NCBI GenBank assembly: GCA_047967505.1
Contig: CM106538.1
Reading direction: 5' to 3' (one strand)
DNA from: Dipteris shenzhenensis
Lineage: Eukaryota
Length of the DNA stretch: 64,000 nt
Both the position numbers and the translations under genes were made by a program. This document shows, one piece after another, positions 12,255-25,600 of this stretch (the stretch's first letter is position 1; the number at the start of each line of letters is the position of its first letter). The notes under the pieces are model-generated. The model made no database searches. It was not told the origin of the DNA and saw only the letters and a program-made list of their open reading frames with translations.

Positions 12255-15200
12255 TGTAGGCCATCTTCTCTCGGTTCTAGTAATGCCCTATGGGCCATGG
12301 TATGTGCCTTGTAGGCATAGTTATAGGCACTTAGTATTTTAGTGCCTTTTATGCCACATAGGACATTTAGTCCTATGTGACACCTAGGACACTTAGTCCT
12401 AGGGTCTAGCTTCAAGTACTATGTACTTTTCATTTTATTATAATCTAGTTGACGTGACGGCTTATTTCCCTCGACTCCTATACTTGCTCTTTTGCACATC
12501 GCCCCTACAGTGGTATCAGAGCCCAGCAGGTTGAACCTGCTTCCTGTCCCCGGACCTTCATTCCTCCCTATGCCCCCTTCCATACAGTCCGTACAACTGT
12601 ACAGACTGTCGTACAAATACATACGGATCCCACATCAGATCCCGTACGTCTTCTACTAGCTGCCCGTTTGATCCGTATGTACCTGCGTAGTACCTGCTCC
12701 GTACGTTGTACCTGTGCCGTGCATTGTACTTGTTCCGTACAAGTGTATTTGCAAAGTACCTGCTCCGTACAATCATTACTGCGATGTACATGCGTCGTAC
12801 AAAGGTACCTGCGCCGTACCTATGTTGTACAGCTGTACATGCAGAGCAGCTGTTCCGTACAAGATACCCACTTCTACAGTGGTATTCTGTACATTGATAT
12901 TCCGTATAGGTATACCTGCAGTGCTTACCGTACAGCTTGTACCTACTCCAGGTGTTCCGTACAGTTTCACACGTGCGAAACTGTCTTCAGGTTCTGTACT
13001 TGCTTTGGCATTGGCTATGAACCAGGTACTTGGTTCTTGCTTGCTACACCTTTTCTGGATCTCACTGCAGTCATCTATAGATATTTGCAGTGTTGGGGCT
13101 TTCAGTTCTTTTCACCTCCTTTGGTTGCAATTTCTTGCAAGAACATTGGAGTTTTGGGATTTGGTCTTCAATTTCTTGTCTAGATTGCAGTCCATTGGGT
13201 CAAATTGCAGGACATTGAGTCACATTTGCAGGACATTGGGTTAGATTGCAATACATTGGGTCACATTTGCAAAAATCTCAGCAAAATTTGGGCCTTTTCT
13301 GTATTTGCCCTCTTTTTGGCCTATTTGCCCTCATTAAATTTGGGGCTTTTGCCAAATTTGCTGTTTTTTGCAATGAACATTGCTTGACACAGTCACAATT
13401 TGGGTCAAATTTGCGTTTGCCCTTTGATTTGGGCTGGAAATTTGCAGAACATTTACTTGCAGACATTTGCTGTCATTTTTGGACAGCCAGCTCTTTGCAG
13501 TGATAGCCTTGAGGCTATTTGTGTTTTCAGGTCTCTTCTTTTCAGAGTATCCCATTTGCACTGGCTGGCAACAATCATGATCTATTTGGCATTCTTCATG
13601 AAGATGATAAGTTGGATGGCACCAACTATCCAATGTGGTCTTATCTCATGAAACATATTCTTGTTGCAAGGCATTTTTGGAATATTGTTTATGGGATTGA
13701 TCTAAGGCCAGCCAATGCTACAATGGCTGCCCCTATTGCTGGTCCCTCTGCAGAGGGTACTCCTGCTGATGCCTTATCCTCTAGCACCCCTGCTACTGCT
13801 CCTCCAACTCAAGAACAATCAAGATGGGATGCAAGAGATGCAAATGCACATTCCTGTATTGCTTTATCATGCAAGAGAATCATTATTCCACACATCCGGT
13901 CTGCAAAGGACAGCAAAGGATGCTTGGGACAAATTGGCTTCTCTTTATCAGATTCGCAATGAGGCATGTGTTGCATATTTAAGAAGGCAATTGCAGGAAG
14001 TCAGTATGAATGAAGGTGACTCTATGGATGCATACTTGACAAAGGTCAAGGAACTCATGGAACAACTTGCCAATATTGATGAGGTGGTGCCAAATTCTCA
14101 GCTTGTCAGTACCACATTGAATGGACTGCCAGATACATATCAAGGGTTTGCTACAACCCTTCGATTAGTGGCCATGGGTAATCCAGACCACTACTCTTTT
14201 GATCAGCTAGTCACTTTGCTTTTGAAGGAAGAGCAAAGTCGAGCTAATAGACAAGCTATTATTCCTGATCATTCATTTGCAAACAGCAGACAGGAAGAGG
14301 CAAGGCTTCCAAGCCTATGGGCAAGCCTAAATATGGGCCTAACAGTGGCAATCCCTCCAATGCATCTAAAAATACAGCAGATAAGTCAAAGAAGAAAAGA
14401 TGCAACTATTGTCGCAAGCCTCGGCATGAAATTTCAGAATGCAGGAAGTGCATTGCTTCACACGCAATTGAATCCCACGAGCCAACAGATGCCTCACATG
14501 CACATGCTCTCCAGGATGATTGGGCATGGCCTGTCCATTGCTCCTTTTATCCCTCCCAAGTTGATGCATTGTTTACTGCTAATGATGCTCAGTCTTGGTA
14601 TTTTGATAGTGGTGCTTCCAAGCACATCACATCTTGCAGACAGTTGTTTCATTCCTTAGCTAATGCACCTCGTGGGGGAACTGTCACATGTGCTCACAAT
14701 GCCTCCTGTGCTGTAAAGGGAATTGGAGATGCGCAGCTCACATCCATTTCAAGCCATCCTATCACTCTGACTAATGTTCTTTTCGTGCCTGGAATAGAAG
14801 TCAACTTGATTTCAATTTCAGCAATTGCCACTTCAGGTTTCAATGTGATTTTTGATGGATACAGATGCCTAGTATATGATCTTCATGATGACAATGCCAT
14901 AGTTCTCACTGGCACTTTGAAAAAGGGGCTTTATCACCTTGATGATCACTCAGCTGCACTCTCTATTGAAGCATTTGCTATTTCAGATTCACAGCTTGCT
15001 GAAACTCATCTTTGGCATGAGAGAATGGGTCATCTCAATTATAGAGCTCTTGCCAAGTTACATTCACAGGACATGGCAAATGATGTACCTCAAATTCACA
15101 CAGTTTCCAAACATGTGTGTGAGGGTTGTCTTTTGGGTAAGATGCATTGGTTTCCTTTTCAAAAGAATTGTCCAAAACTCTCACAAAGGAAATTGCAGCT

Positions 15201-16082
15201 AGTGCACAGTGATGTCTATGGCCCAATGAGGACAAATGCCATTGGGGGGTACAAATATTTCATGACTCTCATTGATGACTTCACAAGATATTGCTGGGTA
15301 TATGCTTTAAAAGCCAAATCTGAAGTGTTCTCATGCTTTCAGAGGTGGCTGAATATGGTTGAGAATGAATCAGGATGCAAGCTTGTCACCCTCAACACAG
15401 ATAGGGGGGGAGAGTATATGTCAAAGGAGTTTGATGCATTTTTGTCTTCACGGGGCATTGTTCACTCATGCACTACTCCTTACACTCCTCAGCATAATCC
15501 TGTTCCTGAAAGGAAGAACAGGTCCACTATGGAGATGGCCAGATGCATGCTTAAGGCCAAGTCCTTGCCCAATAAATTTTGGCTTGATGCGGTGATGTGT
15601 GCCAACTATGTGCTGAATAGATCACCTACAAGGGCATTGAAGACTATTACACCTTATGAAGCATGGAAAGGCAGGAAGCCTTCACTTTCACACATGAGAG
15701 TTTTTGGGTCTCTTGCATATGTTCATGTACCATCTCAGCTGAGACATAAGCTTGATGACAAGGCAATCAAATGCATATTTATTGGTTACAACCAGGAGAG
15801 CAGAGGGTATAGGTTATACCAACCAAATACTGGGAAGATTATTGTCAGTAGAGATGTAATCTTTGCTGAACATTCGGCTTCTCCTCTTGTGGACTGCAAA
15901 GCTAAGCCAGAAGTTGACATGTTTGATGCCTTTGACTCTTGGTTACCTCTGCCTTCCTCGAAGGGGGACTTTGACCAGCAACATGAGCCTCCTGCAAGCC
16001 CTCCAACAAGCAATGATCAGCCAGTATCCCATGCTGATTTGCAGGTTTCTCTTCCAGCACAAGATGATCCCACTATTCATGA
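12255..16082 (+). mobile_element. Ty1/copia element C (full-length-type relative of A): 5' LTR, gag, PR, IN; 3' half missing
   Basis: LTR 12255-12509 homologous to the A LTR; PBS at 12511; gag nearly identical to A; WYFDSGASKH protease, GAG-pre-integrase and rve motifs in ORF 14317-16082; interrupted by element D. Confidence 0.92.
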
Positions 16083-19000
16083 TGTTAGATATGCTCAATG
16101 CCCCACCCTCTTGGTAACCACCAGTGGCGACGGTATAGGGAATATTCCCTGAATATTCCATGGACGACTAGTCGGTTCCACCGACTAGGTTGACTGGTCG
16201 GCTCCACCGACTAGGTCGACTAGTCGACTCCACCAACTACGTTGATCCAACTACCGCCCTCATAGCTATAAAGAGGCGACCTCCCCAGTCCATTGTATTA
16301 GATCAATTCAAATCAGATCATCAGATCTTCTAGCTAGTAGCTCTTCACCTAGTATCTATCTAGATCACCATCTAAGCTCCACTGTGGGAGCGCACGGGTG
16401 GACGGAGCCATCATCTGTACTACATCAGTATTGAAGGAAAAGTTTGTTCCTCTCCAGTTTGCTGTGTACTCTCTATTCTTTGTTCGGTTTCTGTTCCGTT
16501 GCGCCGTGTAATTTAACATGGTATCAGAGCCCAAGCGGCTCTAAGGATCGAAGAATAGAAGAGAGGCGAGGGCTTCAACAACATACGAAGTGATAGCAAC
16601 AGGAAGTGGCTCAACAGGAAGCAGCTCAGCTGCTGCTGCACCAACAATCCATGCGTTGAGGATTCGCCCACCAACCTTCACTGAAGGCAAGCTAGATGGT
16701 ATGAACTACACTCTGTGAAAGTTTAAAATTACTGCTATTTTGCATTCATACGAGCTTTTGGAGACAGTACTGAGGACTGACCCACAACCACAAGGAACCC
16801 CCGACCCAGCAAATCCGGGGAGTATGATACCTCCTAATGCCGACCTTCTATGAGCTTGGAAACACAGGAATGCAGATGCTCTGTGTGCCCTGGTTACAAG
16901 TACTACAGATAGTGTTTTGACCTTGATTCAGCATACATCTAAGGGAACTGTGGCCTGGAACATATTGAAGAGTCAGTATGAGACCCGGAATCAGACAAGG
17001 ATCCAGAACCTGGAGAATTAGCTCGCAGCTGAGAAGTTTAATGAAGGAGAGACAGCGAAGGCGTTCATAACCCGAATCAAAACTCTACGTGACTAGATGG
17101 CTAGCGTTGGGATACAAAAGACTAGCGAAGAGCTAGCTCGGCGGTGTCTCCGGGTATGTCCACCAAGGTTTGATGGACTGGTAACAGTGCTTAACACTCA
17201 GGTGAGACCCCAACCATTGTCATTTGAGGAGTTCTGTGCTTTACTTATGGAGGAGGAATTGAGGCTTAAAGCTCGAGATGGAGGCGGCAATGGGGCTGCT
17301 GCATTCTCTGCCACTGCGAAAGGCAAAGGTGGTTCCTCCACCAAAGGTGAGTCCTCTACTAGTGGTGACAAAAAGAAGAAGGGCGGCAAGAAGAAGTTTC
17401 AAGGAGAATGCTTATACTGCAAGAAGAAGCTTGCAAATTGCCAGGTCAAGAAAGCAGATGAAAAGAATGGTACCCTGAAGAAGACAGATAAGGGGAAAGA
17501 GACAGCTAACATAGCGGAAGCAAGATTGGATCTATTTCTGGCCATTGAGGAAGAGTGTTTCTCAGTTCAAGAAGCTTCAACCACTGATTCATGGGTGTTG
17601 GAGAGTGGTGCCTCCCGTCACATGACCTGCAAGAAGGGTCTATATTGTTCCATGCAGCCTCTACAAGAACCCATCACTGTGACGGTTGGTAATAACGCAA
17701 AATGCCCTATTGAGGGTACAGGCACGGTTTCATTTGTTTCTGTAAATAGAGATGTTAAGAAACTATCTAATGTGTTGTATGTTCCACAAATCAAAGAAAT
17801 TTTCTATCAGTTGCTTCCATAACTGACCTTGACCATGAGGTGAGGTTCAATAAGACAGGAGTAAAAATTCTGGATAGTGCAGGCAATCTTGTTAGCATAG
17901 GAGTAAGGAGGAACAACCTGTATGAGCTAAGTGCTCTTACAGCCACCACTGGAGTGGGCACAAGCAGACTTTGGCATGAAAGATTCGGCCACATCGGATT
18001 TGCAGTGCTGAAGGAGATGCAAAAGCAAGGTATGGATGCTCACTTACCTGCAGTCGCAGAAATCAAAGAACCGTGTGAAGCTTGCATGATGGGCAAGCAA
18101 CAGAGAAAGGCATTCCCACAAGAAAGCAAGAATAGAGCAAACGCTCCTCTAGAGTTGGTGCATGTTGACTTGAGCGGTAAGATGCCTACACAAGCCTTGG
18201 GGGGATCGTCCTATTTTTTATTGATTGTCGACGACTATAGTAGGAAGATGTGGGTGTACTTTCTTCGCGAAAAGACTCAAGCTTTTGGTAAATTTAAAGA
18301 ATGGCTACAGCTTGTTGAAAATGAAACAGGGAGAAAAGTGAAGAAAATCAAATCGAATGGTGGTGGTGAGTTTATTTCTACAGAGTTTGGCGATTTTTGC
18401 AAGAGCAAAGAGATCAAGCGACAAACGACGACACCACATATATCTCAGCAAAATTCGGTTGTTGAACGCCGAATGCGGACCACCATGGAGATGGGGAGGT
18501 GTATGTTGAAAGGTGCTGGACTGCCGAACCACTTTTGGACTGAGGCTGTCAATACTGCGGTTTACATCCTTAATCGCAGCTATACAAAGACACTCAAAGG
18601 TAAAACACCACATCAGGCTTACAGCGGTAAGAAGCCATCTGTCTCCCACTTCAGAACGTTTGGGTGTGAATGCTATGCGCATGCACCAGACAAAGAGAGA
18701 AACAAGCTACAACCAAACAGCACCAAATGTATCTTCTTAGGCTGTTGTGATGAGAAGAAAGCCTATAAGTTGTCTGACCAAGAGGCAAAGAAGATCATAG
18801 CGAGCCGCGATGTGGTGTTCAGGGAGCAGCCACATGCAGTGGAGGTAGAGAAAAGCTCTTCCACTTTATCATCAAGCGAGGAGGTAATTCACTATGGACC
18901 TGTCCCAAGAGCTATAAAGGAGAAGGAAATATCAGATGATGAAGGTATAAGTCACCAACCTGTTGTTACACCACCGGAAAAGCCGCGATGGGTAAGGCAG

Positions 19001-20660
19001 CTCTATGACCATAATAATCAGATGCCTATGTCTGTTGAGCAGCATGCAGATGGACCAAGGCAGTCTCAGAGAATCGAGGAGCACAGGAGGGCTTCTGCTC
19101 ACATAGTCAATATGGTCTTGATGGCTGAGATTATTGCAGAAGAAGCCTGCGAGTTTGGAGGAAGCACTTGCAGACCGAGATTGGAAAAACCCTATGCAAG
19201 TAGAATAGGACAGCATCATGAAGAATGAAACTTGGGAGATCGTAGATCGACCACCTAACAAAAAGGTTATTGACACCAAGTGGGTTTGGAAGGTAAAGTA
19301 CAAGGCCGATGGGACTTTGGAAAAGTACAAAGCCAGATTGGTTGCACAAGAAGGATTTTTGCAGGTTGAAGGGTTTGATTTTCAGGAATCTTTCACTCCG
19401 ACTGCCAGAATGACCACTATTTGCACAATACTATCGGTGGCTGCTCATAAAAAGTGGCAAGTTTATCAAATGGATGTTAAATCAGCATTCTTGAATGGTG
19501 ACCTCAAGGAGGAGGTGTACGTGGCTCAGCCACCTGGGTTTGAGGCCCCCCATTCTGAGAACAAGGTACGTAAGCTGAAGAAGGCTCTATACGGGCTGAA
19601 ATAGGCCCCAAGAGCATGACAAATTCTTTCATAAATTAAACTTCAAAAGATGTGCCTCAGATGCTAACTTGTATGTGTACAAAAAAGGTGGAAAATCTGC
19701 TATTATTGTTCTATATGTGGATGATCTCCTTACTACAGGTGACTATGAAGACATGATCCAGCAGACAAGAAAGGCGTTGAGCACTGAGTTTGAGATGACA
19801 GACTTAGGCTTGATGCACTACTGTTTGGGGATTGAAGTATGTTAAGAGCCAAGCAAGATCTTCATCTCTCAACAGAAATATGCAAGGGAGATCTTGAAGG
19901 CATTTGGTATGTTCGAGTGCAAGGAGATAGCTACACCTATGGAGGTAAATGCAAGGTTGTCTATGGAGGATGCCTCACCACCAGGAGACATCAGGAGGTA
20001 CAGGAAGTTGGTATGCAGTCTCATCTATCTGTGCAACACCAAACCAAACATCAGTTTTGCTGTTGGCGTTTCGAGCAGGTTCTCCAATAAGCCCCGGGAG
20101 AATCATTGGAATGCAGGGATGCGGATGCTCAGGTATGTGAAGGGCACTCTTGATTATGGCATCACCTATGGTACAGACACTTCCTTGGCTGGTCATTGTG
20201 ACTCAAATTGGGCTGGAGATGTTGATTCCAGGAAATCAGTTTCTGGATATTGTTTCTCTTTAGGTTTAGGTATCTTCTCTTGGATCAGTAAGAAACAACC
20301 AACAGTGGCATTGTCTTCCACCGAGGCTGAGTACAAGGCAGCATGTTTTGCTGCATGTGAACTTTGAAGCAGTGTGGCTGAGGAGGATCTTATGGCACAT
20401 GGGAGTGCAAGAGGATGAGGCAACTGTGCTGAGGTGCGACAATCAAAGTTGCATGGCCATTGCTAAAAATCCAGTGTTTCATGCGCGCACAAAACATATA
20501 GAGATTCAGTATCACTACGTGTGTGATTTGATCGAGGACGGGATAGTGGAATTGGTCTACTGTCCAACAGAGCAAAATGGAGCAGATATCTTCACCAAGG
20601 CACTCGGGAAGGATCAGCTTCACGGTCATCTTCAGAGACTCGGCATTGGGCCGAGAAGGG
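16083..20660 (+). mobile_element. Ty1/copia element D (5' LTR plus degenerate gag-pol), no 3' LTR
   Basis: LTR 16083-16518 (TGTTAG...TTAACA), PBS at 16519; PR WVLESGASRHM, IN, RT ([18 protein letters not shown]), RH (DSNWAGD...ADIFTKAL); many stops and frameshifts. Confidence 0.92.
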
Positions 20661-21383
20661 CACATCGCCTCTACATTCTCAACCTTTATTGCTGTGGTTA
20701 CGGTGAACGGTGTTGTCCATCAATGGCTTATACGATTGTAGCATGTCAATGTACATGGTCAGTCTCACCTCATGGAAATGAATATATGATTGAGAAGGTT
20801 GGATTCAACACTTATGGTAAACCCAAACTCAGTTTTAATTATTGTACAACATAACTTCAATCCATCCCTTGGGTTGTAGATTATAATTTATGTGAAATCT
20901 ATACGTAAGAAGTTTACAGACCAAAGTTACATCAATGGTAGTGTTTTTTCCTATAGACCCTAAGGCCAACACCTTGAGGTTCTTTGTAGTAAGGTCATAG
21001 AATGATAACTGAGAGCTCAGGAGATTTGAAGTAGAATTTAACATTGCCACTTGCTTGGAAGTAATATATTTCTTCCCACTAGTGCTTGGCAACTAACAAA
21101 GGAAAAACATGAATTCCATTGACATGTATGCTACTACAGAATCACTCATAACTTAAATCGTTGTTGCAAGTGAAAAAGGAAAACGGCGGTACTTTCATGA
21201 TGGTTTTCTATAGTCAGCCAAAATGTTCTCGATTTTCTCGGTAACCATTGGTTCAACAATACTTGCTATTGTTTCAAGGCAAACCAACCTTCCCCAAACA
21301 TTGAACATAAATAGTAATAAGAACCTTTAAAAACACAAAGGAGAGAGTACAACAATTCAAACCTTAATGGAGAGAACGCTTAC

Positions 21384-21605
21384 CTTCCAGAATCTATGCT
21401 CCTTTACTAAGCGTGACTTTATATGGTCATCATACAGAAATTGTGAGAAGACCAAAAGCTTCTGTGCAAGAAATTGATATACGAAATTTACAGTGGTACT
21501 CATAATGCCCGTGCCATGAGTGCGAATAGAATTCGCAACATGTTTCACACTAATAGTGTTGAGGTACTTCCTTTCACGTACATTTGTGACTCGTTCAAAA
21601 AAAAC
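21384..21605 (-). CDS. WASHC4: WASHC4 homolog exon
   Basis: VFFERV...[62 protein letters not shown] contains the hallmark [11 protein letters not shown]...FSQFxYDxHIKSRL. TTTCAG acceptor, AAG|GTAAG donor; directly continues the 51895 exon in phase 0. Confidence 0.95.
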
Positions 21606-22631
21606 CTGAAATACAAGAAGTATTAATATTAACATATCTTCCAAATTCCTCAGTTTCTGTCCACATCCTTTCATTACAAATCCAAACATCAATCCCTCAT
21701 CAAGGACAATCAACCACACTACAATACACAAAGATTAGCCAAATCAGAACAAGACCTCAAATCAGCTATTGTATATTTACAAATATCATAGAATATAGTG
21801 TTTTTGAAAGCTTATCAGCTTTTCTCCAATTCAATTTCGAGTTGAGTTTTAGTAAACACCAAAATCTATTCAATGTTGTAAACGTCTTGCATAAATTCCT
21901 TGAGCTGCCATAGCTTGTGTCACCAATTCCTATTTATTCCCAGAAATAAAGAGAGAATAGTTTATTTTGACTTCGGTCAAAGTGAGTTGATTTTTGTTTA
22001 CTAGAAAGTTTCTATCTTTTGATTGTTTGCTTAGTTGCATGGCGAGGACGCCGACAAAGGACTAGGATTGGTCCAGAGAATTAGAATGCATGCATTGGCT
22101 AACCGTTAACCGGAGAAATCGTGCTTGGTGGTATTTTATTTCTGGCATGTAGGTGGAGATTATGGGGAAAGGCATGCAAACTGGACATCCAAAGGCTAGA
22201 GGGAAATCACACATTTAAGATTGCTATTTTTAGCAAGAACTGCCATGATTAGCAATCAGCTCGCCTCTACTAAAGAGGGGAGAATTTTGGATTTGGCTGC
22301 TTAGTTGTAACAGTGATTTTGCTGTAGCTTCTTCTGTGTGCTCCCCGAGAGCTGACCTTTGTATTGAAATTCTGAAATAAAAACCTTCAAGGGTTCACCA
22401 ACAGTTACTTCTAGCCCCTAGTGTGCGTGTTCTCTGTTCTTACTCCCCTCTCAGTTTCATTTGATTCCCTGAAGAAATATTCTGCTGTTCCCATCAAATG
22501 AAGCTATCGATACTGTTTTTTCCTGTTATTCCTAAAATGTGAAATTTTCCCTGGAGATTATCTGCGGGTATACCAGGATGATTTCCTTGGTATTAGAGTC
22601 CAGATTCACCACTCTCCCTGGTGGTGACAAT

Positions 22632-25600
22632 GAGAGAGAGCAAGCGAGAAAGAAAGAAAGAAAGAAAGAAAGTGTATTATTGTCCACTAAAGGCCAAAAT
22701 GGGCCCATGGGACATCAAGAACTCTGCGTACAAGATAGCACAAAATCAACGTGCCACAAAGAAGAGGCATCGTCGAATATCATCTAAGTGCTACGCAATA
22801 CAATGCAAGTGAAAGTACATAATGTCAAATCCGAGCCTAAATACAAAGTAAGCTAGATGCAAGGAAACCGCCCCTGGGTGCAAAATGGGGGGATGAGTAC
22901 AATATGTCAATGCAAAGATACAAGTCCATGTATCACGGAGTCTGAGAACCAAAATAATACTGGAAATCCTGTCCATCGACTCTGCCTCCTGCTATGAGAG
23001 TACAAATCTGAGCAAAAGTGAGGTGAGCGGCTGGTAGGGCGAGATCTCCATGAGTAAGTCTCCTCCGAAAAGCTGCCATCATCCTGAATCGTCTGGAGAT
23101 GAAGCGGCGAGTACGTCCCCTATGTAACAAGATCCTGCGGCGTCTACAAACCATCTCATATGTACATCCACAGGGTGGAGGCATGTGTCCTGTGTGAGCT
23201 CTGACCTCCTCGTGCTCCTCCTGATACCTGTCATCTGGTATAGCGTGTGTCTGAGCTCTATCGGGCTGGGCTCTATCACGCTCCGGTCTGTGCTGATGGT
23301 CTCTGAGGTAGTGTCGTCGAAGCATAGTGGCCTCCCTGACATAAAGAGCTAGGCAATGCTGATCCTCATAATCCATCACTCGTGAGAGAGGTCCAAAGCC
23401 ATCCGTGAAGAGACAGTGGAATCTCCCTCTGATCTCATAATATAGCGGGCATCTGCAAATGAAGTGCTCCTCTGACTCCACCTCTCCCATGGTGCAACAA
23501 GGGCAGATCCTGGTCTCTCGGCCTGGACGCCGTCCATCCTCCATGCGTCGCATCCTACCAGCCTCTATCTCGAGCTGATGCGAAGAGACTCTAAGCTGGC
23601 CAAGGGCAATCCTCAGTGAGTGGGACATGTGGATACCTGTGTAGCCTGGTGGAATGACAAATCCATCCTCTGAGATCCGAAGGAAGTGGTCACGATATGT
23701 GGCCATCTTCGTCGGAAGCTGCGTGGGATAAATCCAAGTGCGGTACGTATGAAGCTGCAGCAAGTCTGCTCTCGTGACCTGACTAAGCTCGTGGCGAGTC
23801 AACTCGAGATGAGGGGCATCTATGCTGTATCGGAAGGGAGGCAGTCTATCCATGTCTAGTCCAAGAGATGTGAGCCACCTAGTGAGTCTGAAGTACCAGC
23901 AGTATCGGGCCCCAGATCGTGCCAACTCCATAGAAGATGCAAGTGCTAACCATGGCAACCCAGCTCTGCCTGCTGCTCAGTCTCCAAACTCCCTAACCCT
24001 GTGCAAATACATGACCGACTGAAACGCTGCATCCAATGCAAGGGGAGTAGCTCCAAACTCTGCTAGCATGATCTCGTGCGGAACTGTAGCCTTGGCCCTA
24101 ATGAGCCGAGAGAACATGATGATCTGTAACCTCTCTACTCGTCTCCAATCTGCAGCGCCAAGGTCTCCTGCCCAGAAAGGAGCTGCATACATCGCAGCTG
24201 GTCTCACCAATGTGTCAAATAGCAGGGATTTCGTATCGGGATGCTGAAAGTGGGACTAAAAACACTGACGCTCAAGATGAGCCAACGAAGCATACCCTTT
24301 ACTAATCCTATCTCATGCTGCATATGTCATGGTAAAGATCGGTACCCTGAAAACTGCCCCCAAATAAGTGTACTCTCTAACAAGCTCAATGGGCTGTCCG
24401 TCATAAGTGAAGCAAAACTCATCCGTGCTGTAGATACGATCAGAGGTGTTGAAAACCATAACCTTGGTCTTGCCAAGGTTTACGGTCAATCCCCTGTCCT
24501 GGCAAAACCTGTGGAGTGCCTCAATATGTGCCTGGAGGCCCTGAGCAGTAGAGGAAATGAGAACCACATCGTCCGCATACAGGAGGATAGGAATGGAGCA
24601 TCCTGAGAGAGTAGAGCCCACACCGCCTGTCATCTGTACGAACATCTCTAGCTCATCAATATATAGTCCAAAGAGAGTAGGAGAGAGCGGGCAACCCTGC
24701 TTTACCCCAATCGTGCTGCATACCTCCTCTGAGAGCCCCTCACGAGTCCGAACCCGACCAGTGACCCTCTCATACAAAGCCATGATAGCCCACTGTGTTT
24801 CTCCACTGAAGCCCATCTCGCGAATCCTCTGAAACAATCTGAATCGCGGAACTGTATCAAATGCCTTCCTGAAGTCCACGAAGCAACAATAAAGCCGTTG
24901 CCTTCGTGACTTCGCCTCCTCTACTAGTGCCCTGAGTGTGAGAATGTGGTCAAGCGTCGAATGATCCCTGCGAAATCCAGCCTGTCCTCTGGCTCTGAGT
25001 CCTGTCGTCTCGGCATGGTCATTTATACGGCTTTCCAAAACTGATGCATAGATCTTGGCCATAACGTGGCCAATCATGATGGTCCTGTAATTCGACGGCT
25101 CCATAGGGTCCCCCGACTTGTGGATAGGTACTATGGTATTGCCTAACCAGGACTGTGGTAGGCCTGTACAAACAGACTCATTGAAGAGACGGGAGAGAAC
25201 AAAAGCTAAGGTATCAATCCCATGGATTACATACTCCGCTTGCAATCCATCATGATCCTTAGCTCTCCCGTTCTTCAATCGGTGGACTGCTGCACGAACA
25301 CTCTCCGATGTGAAGAGACTAGATGAAGCTGGCCTAGGGGAGTGGGATAAATCGATATCTGGCTGATCTGGAACATCGTATAGAGCTGAAGTATATGCAG
25401 ACCAGACACGTGGATCTGTGAGGGGGCTCTGAGACTTCGAGCGGAGGAATTTTCTCCAGAATTCCTTGGAGTCACAGCTGAAAAGCAAGCTTCTCAGCTC
25501 CTCCTCATTCCGGGCTAGAAATTGGCGTTTCTTGCGCCTAACCAACCACTTGTAGTCTCTCTTGGTTTCGGCAAGGAGGGGAGACTTCTCCTTGGTCTCA

